The notes below the pieces were generated by a model, which was not told the DNA's origin, did not search any database, and saw nothing but the letters and a program-made list of their open reading frames with translations. A DNA stretch of 64,000 bases from Chloroflexota bacterium (GTDB lineage Bacteria > Chloroflexota > UBA6077 > FW602-bin22 > JAMCWG01): assembly GCA_023475235.1 (NCBI GenBank), contig JAMCWG010000005.1, positions 7,046-71,045 of the forward strand, given 5' to 3'. Positions 28,262-35,989 of the stretch are shown here, piece after piece. Within the stretch, counting starts at the first letter, position 1. Each line of letters starts with the position of its first letter. Made by a program: the position numbers and the translations under genes.

Positions 28262-28281
28262 GTCCTCACATATGTGAGGAC
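28262..28281. promoter_or_regulatory. Perfect 20-bp palindrome (operator or terminator stem-loop)
   Basis: GTCCTCACATATGTGAGGAC reads identically on both strands. It lies 42 nt downstream of the response-regulator stop, at the start of the 640-nt gap before the cytochrome operon. Confidence 0.35.
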
Positions 28282-28322
28282 TACGTTACCCCATTTGATG
28301 GGGGGTATTTCGCCGCTTTCAA

Positions 28323-28982
28323 TCAGCTTTCGAGAATAATGAACCCACGCCGTATCGCGTACTTGACCAGCTCGGTCCGGCTGTGCAGACCCAGCTTCGC
28401 CATGATCCGGGCACGATGGCTCTGCACGGTGCTGACGCCGAGCTTCAAGACGTCGGCAATCTCCTGATTGCTGTGGCCCTCGGCGATGAGAGTCAGGACT
28501 TCCCGCTCCCGGTCGGTCAGGCCATCGTGCTGCTCCTGGTCGTGCTCATTTCCCACGCGCTCCAGGTAGTCGCTGAGGAGCTTCTTCGCCATAGAGGGAT
28601 AGAGGTATACGTTGCCCTGAGAGACGGCCCGCACGGCTGAGAGCAGCTCGTTGGCCGAGCCGCCCTTGACGAAGTAGCCGGATGCGCCGGCGTGGATCAT
28701 CTGAAAGAAGTACTCGTTGTTCTCGTGCATTGTCAGGACCAGGATCCTGACTTCGGGGACCTGATGCTTTATCTGCCGGGCGGCCTCCAGTCCACTCATG
28801 CCCGGCATAGTGATATCCATCATAACCACGTCTGGCTTGAGCTTCAGGGTCTTGGCAACGGTCTCCCGGCCTTCCCTGGCTTCCCCCACCACCTCGATAT
28901 CGGGCTGGCCGTCGAGGATCACGTGTAGACCCTCGCGGACGATGGAGTGATCATCAGCTATCAGAACCCGTATCTTGCCCAC
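28323..28982 (-). CDS. NarL/FixJ (LuxR-type HTH) response regulator
   Basis: Receiver domain IRVLIADDHSIVREGL ... PDVVMMDITMPGMSG. C-terminal LuxR HTH LTDREREVLTLIAEGHSNQEIADVLKLGVSTVQSHRARIMAKLG. The GTG at 28982 is preceded by AAGGAGGG with an 8-nt spacer. Confidence 0.9.
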   Translation of the reverse strand: MGKIRVLIADDHSIVREGLHVILDGQPDIEVVGEAREGRETVAKTLKLKPDVVMMDITMPGMSGLEAARQIKHQVPEVRILVLTMHENNEYFFQMIHAGASGYFVKGGSANELLSAVRAVSQGNVYLYPSMAKKLLSDYLERVGNEHDQEQHDGLTDREREVLTLIAEGHSNQEIADVLKLGVSTVQSHRARIMAKLGLHSRTELVKYAIRRGFIILES

Positions 28983-29034
28983 CGCAACAACCCTCCTTCT
29001 GGCCTTGTGCCGCTCCAAATGCCCCCCGCTCGTC

Positions 29035-31359
29035 TCACTGGAGCGAACTATCGAACGGGACCTCTACGGTTAGCCGCGTGCCGCGTCCCGGCTGCGACTT
29101 GATATCGAAAGTGCCGCCCAGCAGGGTGACCCTTTCCCGAATGCCCAGCAGCCCCAGCGACTGCGGACGGCTGCCGGGCCTCAGCACATCGTCGACGTCG
29201 AAGCCGCTGCCGTCGTCTTCGACCACGGTCGTTATCCTGCCGCTGCCCGCTTCCAGGCGGATATGGACGCGGCGGGCGCCGGCGTGCCTGGTAGTATTGT
29301 GAATCGCCTCTTGAACGATTCGAAACAGCGCCGTCTCTACGGAGGGGTCCAGCCGCCCGCCGATGCCCCCGGCCTCGAACTGAAGATGGATGCTGCGGGC
29401 GTCGAGGTAGCTTTGGGCGTAGGACCGGACGGCGGCCACCAGGCCCAGGTCATCGAGGACGGAAGGGCGAAGGCCCAACGTCAGCTTCCGGAGCTCGTCC
29501 AGGGCCTGTACAGCGCACGCCCTGGCGCTGGCCATCCGCTGCTTAAGCTGCGCTTGCCTCGTCGATATGGCCGCCTCCACGGACTCGATGTTCATTATCA
29601 GGCCGGTCAGCGTCTGCCCGAACTCGTCATGTAGCTCCCTGGCGATGCGCTTGCGCTCTTCCTCCTGAGCGCTGATGACCTTGCCCAGCAACTGGCCTCG
29701 CAGCTCCTCTTTCTCCCTCGCCTCCTCGTAAAGAATCGCGTTGTCGATTGCCAGGCCCATATGGTAGCCAACGGCATCGAGAATGGCAAGCTCGGTCGGG
29801 GTGATGTGCTCCTGATCGGAGTAGGCGATGTTCATAATGCCCATGACCCTCTCCTTCGACTTGAGGGGCACGCTTACGAAGCCGCCGATATCCTCTCCTG
29901 CCGCCCTGGCGTCGCTCAGCACGGAACATTGGTCGGCCTGGATGACTACCATCGTCCGCCCCGACTGCAGCGCCTGGTTGCAGGCGCAGGTGGAGTTAGA
30001 GTAGAGCGAATCCCGGCAGTTGAAGGCCGATAATGGGCCGGTCGAGCTAGTTATCTTGCACTCCTTTCGGTCCGGGTCTGTGAGGAACACGCAGCCCCCC
30101 TTCCCTCCGGTGACGTCCAAGACTTTGGCAATGGCAGTCGCCAGCACGTCTTCGAGCTTGAGCGACTGGCTGATGGCGACCGCGACCGAGTTGAGGGCGG
30201 AGAGGGCCTCGTTCCGCCTGACGAGCTCATCCCTCGACCTGGCCAGTTGCTGGGTCATCGTTCGAAACGCCGCGCTCAGCTGGCCTATCTCGTCGTGCCG
30301 CTCCAGGGGCATCGGCACGCTGAAGTCGCCCATAGCCAGCCGGGCCGAGCTGACGGTCAACTGCCGGATGGGCTTGACGATCCGCTGTGTCACGACCCAG
30401 GCCGCCAGAAGGCCGCTCACCAGCACGATTGTCCCCAGCAGAAGGAACCGCTGCTTCAATTGCTCTGCCGGGGCCAGGGCCTCCTCCTCGGCCTGCCGGA
30501 TGACCACGCCCCAGGACGCGGTGGACAGTGGAGCGAAGGCGAGGACGTCCTGGCGGCGCAGCGGCTGGTCTCCCGCCGTGTGGCAGCGGTGGCAGGTGCC
30601 CCGCGTCGCCTGGCCCTCCTGGATAAGCTGGGCGAAGCGGCCGGGGTGATCGCTCAGCTCAAAGGCCGCCGCGCGCTGCCCCGGCTCCGACCGGGCCAGG
30701 ACGACCCCGTTCTTGTCCACGATCTCGGTGTAGCCCGTCTTGCCGGGCGTTATCGGCTTGGTCAGCCCGCTGATGGTGGAGCGGCTGATGTCGATAAGGG
30801 AGCCCAGCGCGCCGATGCTGCGTCCATCGCCATCGAGTATCGGGGCCACGGCCATCACCACTGGCCCGTCAATTGAGAAGCGGGCCATCAGGCCGGACAC
30901 CATTGGCGACTTCGCCGCCAGAGCCTGTTTCACCTCCTGGTAATCGGACGTCCCCGGCTCGATGAGCGTGTTGTCTTCCGGGTCAACGGCGAGCAGTTGG
31001 CCGTCTCCGTCGAAGAGCAGCACATTTCGCACGGAAATCCCCGACTTGCCCAGCAGGGTCCGCAGGGAAGCGGCGACCGGCACGAATCGCCCGGTATCGG
31101 GAAGGCTGCCCCCAAAATCGGCGGCGTTCTCGAGCTGGACTTTGATGTAGGTCAGGGTCTCGTCGGTATGGCTGGCCACCAGCCGGGCCACGGTGAGCCG
31201 CTCATCGAGGGTCCGCTCGGTGCTGGCGTCGATGGACTGCATGCCCAGGAAGCCGAACAAGCCCAGTCCGATAACCAGTCCTACTAAAACGGCGAGGCCA
31301 ACTTTCTTCTGCAGGGTTGATTGGCCCAGGAAAGGCATAGAGGAAAACGCTACGGCCAT
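29035..31359 (-). CDS. Sensor histidine kinase: TM, extracytoplasmic Cache-like domain with CxxCH, TM, HAMP, GAF, HisKA_3, HATPase
   Basis: Two TM helices flank a domain of about 290 aa. HAMP (IVKPIRQLTVSSARLAMGDF), GAF, H-box ARELHDEFGQTLTGL (NarX/DesK type) and G-boxes DDGSGF / GLLGIRERV. The ATG at 31359 is preceded by GGGGAGAG. Confidence 0.85.
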   Translation of the reverse strand: MAVAFSSMPFLGQSTLQKKVGLAVLVGLVIGLGLFGFLGMQSIDASTERTLDERLTVARLVASHTDETLTYIKVQLENAADFGGSLPDTGRFVPVAASLRTLLGKSGISVRNVLLFDGDGQLLAVDPEDNTLIEPGTSDYQEVKQALAAKSPMVSGLMARFSIDGPVVMAVAPILDGDGRSIGALGSLIDISRSTISGLTKPITPGKTGYTEIVDKNGVVLARSEPGQRAAAFELSDHPGRFAQLIQEGQATRGTCHRCHTAGDQPLRRQDVLAFAPLSTASWGVVIRQAEEEALAPAEQLKQRFLLLGTIVLVSGLLAAWVVTQRIVKPIRQLTVSSARLAMGDFSVPMPLERHDEIGQLSAAFRTMTQQLARSRDELVRRNEALSALNSVAVAISQSLKLEDVLATAIAKVLDVTGGKGGCVFLTDPDRKECKITSSTGPLSAFNCRDSLYSNSTCACNQALQSGRTMVVIQADQCSVLSDARAAGEDIGGFVSVPLKSKERVMGIMNIAYSDQEHITPTELAILDAVGYHMGLAIDNAILYEEAREKEELRGQLLGKVISAQEEERKRIARELHDEFGQTLTGLIMNIESVEAAISTRQAQLKQRMASARACAVQALDELRKLTLGLRPSVLDDLGLVAAVRSYAQSYLDARSIHLQFEAGGIGGRLDPSVETALFRIVQEAIHNTTRHAGARRVHIRLEAGSGRITTVVEDDGSGFDVDDVLRPGSRPQSLGLLGIRERVTLLGGTFDIKSQPGRGTRLTVEVPFDSSLQ

Positions 31360-31603
31360 GGCTCTCCCCACATTCTCTTGCCACCTTATCGCACCACTAT
31401 GCCGGTACGTAAAACCAGTACCTGCGGTGCAACCAACCATCGAAGCGCAAGGCCCTTACACTAGCGGTAGCTTACCGCAACAGAGTGAATGTGTCCATAT
31501 CCCGGCGGGAGAAAGCTCCACCAAACACCCGATGCCGGTGCCTTCGGGCGTCTAGCAGCCCTCCAGAAGAGGCCTGCCCAAGGAGAGGCCGGGCTTCTCC
31601 GGT

Positions 31604-31999
31604 TTATGCTCTCTCCAGCATCGCCTTCATCGGCTGCCAGTAGTAGTCGTTCCAGGCCCGCAGGACGCTGTCGTAGCAGTTATGCGGCACGCCCGACTGG
31701 GTGAAGGTGAGGCGGGTGCCGCCCGGCACAACCTCCAGCAGGAAAGTGGCCCTGGAGTAGTGGCCCGCGGGCCAATCTGCGGAGCGCCAGGACTGGACGA
31801 TCTGCTTGTCCGGCGTCAGCTCGCGGTTGGTGCCGGTGATATCGCCGTCATAGACGGTGAAGTCGCCGCCCACCTCGCGGCTGATCACGGCCACGCTGCA
31901 AGTGAAGGCGGAATGCTTCTCGGAATCCATCAGGGCCTCGTAGACCTCATGCGGCCTCGCCCGAAAGGTTATTGATTGGCGAATGGTCCTGGTCCTCAT
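31604..31999 (-). CDS. SRPBCC / Aha1-domain (activator of Hsp90 ATPase homolog 1-like) protein
   Basis: 131 aa. The pattern ITFRARPHEVYEALMDSEKHSAFT ... LTFTQSGVP ... WNDYYWQPMKAML is typical of the AHSA1/SRPBCC family. Confidence 0.75.
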   Translation of the reverse strand: MRTRTIRQSITFRARPHEVYEALMDSEKHSAFTCSVAVISREVGGDFTVYDGDITGTNRELTPDKQIVQSWRSADWPAGHYSRATFLLEVVPGGTRLTFTQSGVPHNCYDSVLRAWNDYYWQPMKAMLERA

Positions 32000-32214
32000 C
32001 TTTCCTCGCTATTCCTTGCCTGTCTTACTTACCCAAGCAAGTATGTTGATCACACTTACCTGATTATGTTTGGTACAAGGCAGGCGGCCAATGGTGCCGC
32101 CCGGAATGTCACTCGCCTAGGCACCATCGTCGTTTCGCGGCCGCGTCCCGTCGGGCCGTGGTCGATGGCGATCATAGTATCATCCACTGCCTAGGCAGGG
32201 TGCAAGCCCGGCCC

Positions 32215-32388
32215 CAGGGCCTTTTCAAAGTCCGTTGATCCTGCTGCCCGTGGGGCTTACCTCACCCCCCGGCCCCCTCTCCGCGCGCGGAGAGGGGGTG
32301 GCCGAAGGCCAGAGGTGAGGTAAACTACCGCTGGCAAGGCAACCGAAGCGCTGTGTGATTCCTGGCTGGCAACTTTGAAAAGGCCCAA
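32215..32388 (+). mobile_element. MITE-like hairpin element, copy A
   Basis: CAGGGCCTTTTCAAAGTC ... AACTTTGAAAAGGCCCAA terminal inverted repeats. Inner inverted repeat GCTTACCTCACC / GGTGAGGTAAAC. Apical perfect palindrome CCCCCTCTCCGCGCGCGGAGAGGGGG. Collinear with copies at 46208 and 50663. Confidence 0.6.
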
Positions 32389-32520
32389 CCGTCCCCACAC
32401 CCCGCTTGTAGGCCGGACCTTGCCGCCGGAGTTGACAGGACAGCGGCAAAAGGGAAGGTACATCCCTCGGCACGAAGAGCAGCACCGGTCGAGCCTTACC
32501 CTACGGCCTCTCCTGTTAGG

Positions 32521-32531
32521 GCAAGTCAAAC
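32521..32531. repeat. Left copy of 11-bp direct repeat GCAAGTCAAAC bracketing the two-gene cassette
   Basis: Identical 11-mer at 34198-34208. The left copy lies 16 nt beyond the stop of the 32547..33416 gene. Confidence 0.6.
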
Positions 32532-32546
32532 GCCAGTCAAGACCGG

Positions 32547-33416
32547 CTATAGCTCATATATGACAACGAAGTTGGCCCCGTCGCTTCCCGACTGCTGTCG
32601 AATTCTAACACCACACAACGCCTCGATTATCCAGCTTCTCATTACGGAGCAGATGTTAGGATACCGATTGCGCAAGCCCATCAATTTCGCGACGTCGCCC
32701 GAGCGCACCTGCAGGGTCTTCCTCCCTGCCTTCCTGGCTTCGGCCACTAGTTCGTCCCGGATGAACTTCCTAATTGCGTCTGCTTGACCACCAGTCTGAG
32801 ACGGGAGCTGCCTATCAGGCGGCTGGCCCTTCGAAACCGTGGTGCGATGGTTTTCGAGGAGACTCGTGTCGCCAAGCTGTAATTTCTCCTGCGGTTCTTC
32901 TGGTAACAGCACAACAGCCACTCCCTCAAGTTTATCTGCATAACGATTCTTCAGGATTGCAAAAGTATTTCTGTCTGTAACGAAGAAGTACCTGAAACTT
33001 GCTTTGCACGCAGCCAGTTTTTCCAAATCCCGAGTTACTGATGCTCTCTGGTTGGCCCCAAAATCCGTTACACCATATGGTACAGTCGTTTTCACCTCTG
33101 CTATCACTCGTTCTCCGTTGGAGGCCAGTTCGTCTATATCTAAGCCTGGAGCACCCTGGAGTTTGGCATCGATATCGAACGCGGGCAAGTCGTGGCGTGA
33201 CATCAAGAACTGCTTCGCCATTAGGCACGCGGCGAAGCTAACGTCATTGTCGAAGTTCCCCAAGAGCCGCTTAATGGCCGCCAAGTAGTGGAACCAGTAG
33301 TCACAATCGGCCTGCTGTTCATCCAGATGATTCGCCATAAGAAACTCCGAAAGCTGCCGCAGCTTGCCGGATATTGTTGTCAAGCGATTGCTTTCGCCAG
33401 GTGTTCGACTTATCAT
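32547..33416 (-). CDS. Hypothetical protein with PD-(D/E)xK-like (restriction-endonuclease-fold) motif and a small basic C-terminal domain
   Basis: 289 aa. ATG preceded by GGAGGA with a 5-nt spacer. Candidate catalytic pattern GLDIDELASNGERVIAEVKT (D ... E-x-K) followed by the hydrophobic strand YFFVTD. Low-GC codon usage. Confidence 0.6.
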   Translation of the reverse strand: MISRTPGESNRLTTISGKLRQLSEFLMANHLDEQQADCDYWFHYLAAIKRLLGNFDNDVSFAACLMAKQFLMSRHDLPAFDIDAKLQGAPGLDIDELASNGERVIAEVKTTVPYGVTDFGANQRASVTRDLEKLAACKASFRYFFVTDRNTFAILKNRYADKLEGVAVVLLPEEPQEKLQLGDTSLLENHRTTVSKGQPPDRQLPSQTGGQADAIRKFIRDELVAEARKAGRKTLQVRSGDVAKLMGLRNRYPNICSVMRSWIIEALCGVRIRQQSGSDGANFVVIYEL

Positions 33417-33452
33417 AGCTCTCCTCCTTTCGATCGATATGCCTATCGCGCG

Positions 33453-34157
33453 TTAGCTCCCAAACGTGGGCTTCGCCCTCTTTAGAAAAGCTTTCTCAGC
33501 GTTTCTTGTCAACCTAGCCATGACGAGTGCGTCCAGCCTTGACGAGAGTCGGTTCCACAACTTGAAGCAATGCACGTTGCCTGCCGGGTCTTCGGCATGT
33601 CGAACACGGACAACGAGCACATAGTCATCCAACAACAAATTCGTGCTCCCGTCGCCGACAATCTCACTTAGCCCGCTTCGGTAGAAATCTGGCCGTATAA
33701 CGAATGCTCTCGGCGTTTGTACCGTTTCGTCTTTTCTCTTGGCGATGATCGCTATGTTCTGCGGTCGCAATCTGGTAACAATAATGCTTCTGGCTGCTGC
33801 TTTGTGCTCCGGTGTCATCACGCTTCGGATATGTTCATTCCATATGAACTCAAACGGTCTCCCGTCGAAACTGTTTTCCCAGTCGGTGCCAATCTGATTA
33901 TAAAAAAGGGCATCAACCATGCATTGCTCGACGATTCCCCTTACGTGAGCATCTACTACAGGTCCCCACCAAGGAGTGTCGCCAAGCGAAACGATTATGT
34001 CCCACCGCCTCTGGCCGTCCTCATCCCCAGTGCTCTTGCAGTTCAGGATAATGGGAGGAAATCTCATACGACTCGCCACCAGTCTTCTGGGTATTTCCCA
34101 TCCGACAACGCCAGCGAAGAACACGACCACTGAAGGCAACCAATTTGCCCAATCCAC
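33453..34157 (-). CDS. Hypothetical protein with N-terminal transmembrane/signal-anchor helix
   Basis: The GTG at 34157 is preceded by GGAGGTG with a 4-6 nt spacer. N-terminus (M)DWANWLPSVVVFFAGVVGWEIPRR. I recognise no domain. The ORF as tracked begins at TTG 34184, which overlaps the putative -10 box. Confidence 0.55.
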   Translation of the reverse strand: MDWANWLPSVVVFFAGVVGWEIPRRLVASRMRFPPIILNCKSTGDEDGQRRWDIIVSLGDTPWWGPVVDAHVRGIVEQCMVDALFYNQIGTDWENSFDGRPFEFIWNEHIRSVMTPEHKAAARSIIVTRLRPQNIAIIAKRKDETVQTPRAFVIRPDFYRSGLSEIVGDGSTNLLLDDYVLVVRVRHAEDPAGNVHCFKLWNRLSSRLDALVMARLTRNAEKAFLKRAKPTFGS

Positions 34158-34183
34158 GGGGCACCTCCGCTCGAAGTGCCCCA

Positions 34184-34192
34184 ACTATACCA
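34184..34192 (-). promoter_or_regulatory. Extended -10 promoter element (TGgTATAGT) for the cassette
   Basis: The minus strand reads TGGTATAGT about 27 nt upstream of GTG 34157, just inside the right direct repeat. Confidence 0.35.
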
Positions 34193-34197
34193 TCATT

Positions 34198-34208
34198 GCA
34201 AGTCAAAC
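34198..34208. repeat. Right copy of 11-bp direct repeat GCAAGTCAAAC
   Basis: Identical to 32521-32531. Lies between the cassette promoter and the stop of the FGGY kinase gene (34239). Confidence 0.6.
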
Positions 34209-34238
34209 CGATAGGCATATTGATCGATTATGCTGCGA

Positions 34239-35822
34239 CTAGAGAACTCTTCCCGCATTTGACCGCACCTCCGCCAGGGCGCGGAACTGGTCCTGCAGCG
34301 CCCAGTAGGCATCTATGTCAATCTTGTAGAGTCTGTCGTAGAGAGCGTGCTCCGCCTCGCGCGGCGCGTACCCCTCGGCCGGCTCCACCTTCGAGCGGAT
34401 GGCCGCCAGGTCGGGCTGCATCCCCTGGGAGACCATCGCCAGGAAGGCGGCGCCGAAGGCCGAGGCTTGCTCCGTCCTGATCGTTTGCAGTTCCATGCCG
34501 AGCACATCGGCCAGCATCTGCACCCACAGCTTCGAGTGGGTGAACCCGCCTGTCGCCCGCACCTCCACCGGCGCGCCGGTAACGTCGATGAGCGCGTCGA
34601 CGATGCTCCGCATCCGGTAGCACACCCCCTCCAGCGTTGCCCGCAGGATGTGCTTGCGCCCGTGGGCCATCGTCAGGCCCAGCAGGACGCCGCGGGCGTC
34701 GGCGTTCCAGTAGGGGGCGCGCTCGCCGGTGAGCAGCGGCAGGAAGATAAGCCCTTCGCTGCCCGGGGGCACCTCCGCCGCCCATGCCTCCATCATCTCC
34801 CGCGGCCGTGGGGGCTCGCCGCCCGTAGCCTTCCGCAGATCGGCCAGCCAGCCCCAGTCCCAGAAGTTGTCCTGGATCCACTGGTGGATGAGCCCGCCGT
34901 TGTTGATGGCCGCCCCGATCACCCAGCGGCCGTCGGCCAGGTAGTAGCACCAGGTACGGCCCTGCGCGTCGGTGCGCGGCTCCCTCGCCATCACCCGGGC
35001 GGCGCCGCTGGTGCCGATCATCACCGTCATCTGCCCGGCGTCCACCGTGCCCGTGCCCAGGGACGAGAGGACGCCGTCGCCCGCGCCGAGGACCACGGCG
35101 GTATCCGGCAACAGGCCCATCGCATCGACGTATTCCTGCTTCATTCCTCGCAGTGCAGTCCGCCCCTCGACGGGCTCGCTCAGCCTCTCGGGGCCGATGC
35201 CGGCCAGGGACAGCATCTCGTCGTCCCAACACAGCTTGTGGGTGTCCAGCAGGCCAGTCGCCGAGGCCACCGACAGGTCGACCACGAAGCGGCCGAAGAG
35301 GCGATGGATGATGTACTCCTTGACCGAGATGAACCTGGCAGCCTTCTTGAAGACTTCCGGCTCCGTCTCGCGCAGCCAGGCGATCTTCCACGGCAGGTAC
35401 ATCGGGTGGATGGGGCAGCCCGTGCGAGCATAGACGGCCTGTGCGTCGACCACCTTCCTGGCCTCCTCCGCCTGCCTGCCGGCGCGCGTGTCGGCCCAGG
35501 TGTTGGCCCTCGTCAGCGGGTTGCCGGCCGCGTCGACGGCAAGCATCCCGTGGAAGATCGCGCTGATGCCGAGGGCGCGCACCTGCCCCGGCCGCGCCTG
35601 CGCCGCGTCTACCGCCTGGCGCACGGCCTTCAGGACAGCCGCGAAGATGGCGTCGGGATCCTGCTCCGCCCAACCGGGGCGGGGGAAGAGATGCGGGTAC
35701 TCGCCGGCAGCCTCGGCTAGCTGGCGGCACTCGCCGTCGAAGACCACGGCCCGGCAGCCGGACGTGCCGATGTCCAGGCCGATGACGTAGCCGGTGCGAT
35801 CAGGGCTGGGAAATGTAGTCAA
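34239..35822 (-). CDS. FGGY-family carbohydrate kinase (gluconokinase/xylulokinase-like)
   Basis: YVIGLDIGTSGCRAVVFD (phosphate-1), LGAGDGVLSSLGTG, ATGGFTHSKLWVQMLADVLG. TTG start preceded by GGGGGAAGGA. Confidence 0.9.
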   Translation of the reverse strand: MTTFPSPDRTGYVIGLDIGTSGCRAVVFDGECRQLAEAAGEYPHLFPRPGWAEQDPDAIFAAVLKAVRQAVDAAQARPGQVRALGISAIFHGMLAVDAAGNPLTRANTWADTRAGRQAEEARKVVDAQAVYARTGCPIHPMYLPWKIAWLRETEPEVFKKAARFISVKEYIIHRLFGRFVVDLSVASATGLLDTHKLCWDDEMLSLAGIGPERLSEPVEGRTALRGMKQEYVDAMGLLPDTAVVLGAGDGVLSSLGTGTVDAGQMTVMIGTSGAARVMAREPRTDAQGRTWCYYLADGRWVIGAAINNGGLIHQWIQDNFWDWGWLADLRKATGGEPPRPREMMEAWAAEVPPGSEGLIFLPLLTGERAPYWNADARGVLLGLTMAHGRKHILRATLEGVCYRMRSIVDALIDVTGAPVEVRATGGFTHSKLWVQMLADVLGMELQTIRTEQASAFGAAFLAMVSQGMQPDLAAIRSKVEPAEGYAPREAEHALYDRLYKIDIDAYWALQDQFRALAEVRSNAGRVL

Positions 35823-35989
35823 GTGTCCTTCCCCCTGTTTGAATGGTGTTTGCCAGTGGCGTCTGTCATCGTTTAGTAGACTGTATTATCAAGGGCTGGC
35901 AACGTCAAGAAGCCGCAATGAGCCATCAGTGATACAATTTTCTTAATGATAGCCGTCGCGCCGGGCAACGGAGGGAGGGCAGTACCACT

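Noticed and set aside
27671-28322. Cobalamin or Moco riboswitch upstream of the cytochrome operon
   Set aside because: Fragments such as GAGACCGCC or GTAATTCCCGGCC loosely resemble conserved riboswitch cores. They are not in the right order or spacing, so I cannot support the call without a covariance-model search.
32225-32485. Small minus-strand ORFs overlapping each MITE copy (32225..32485, 46218..46427, 50673..51398) that share peptide fragments such as PTSSRISGL and PRAERG
   Set aside because: The shared peptides simply reflect the repeated DNA. The reading frames differ in length and context, they have no SD, and the sequence is a near-perfect hairpin. I interpret them as non-coding repeat elements.
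34318-35730. Two ORFs of about 460-470 aa (34318..35730 minus, 34347..35720 plus) inside the FGGY kinase gene
   Set aside because: They are alternative-frame and antisense ORFs with Arg/Gly/Pro-rich composition. The kinase frame carries all recognisable motifs. Long shadow ORFs are expected at about 65% GC.
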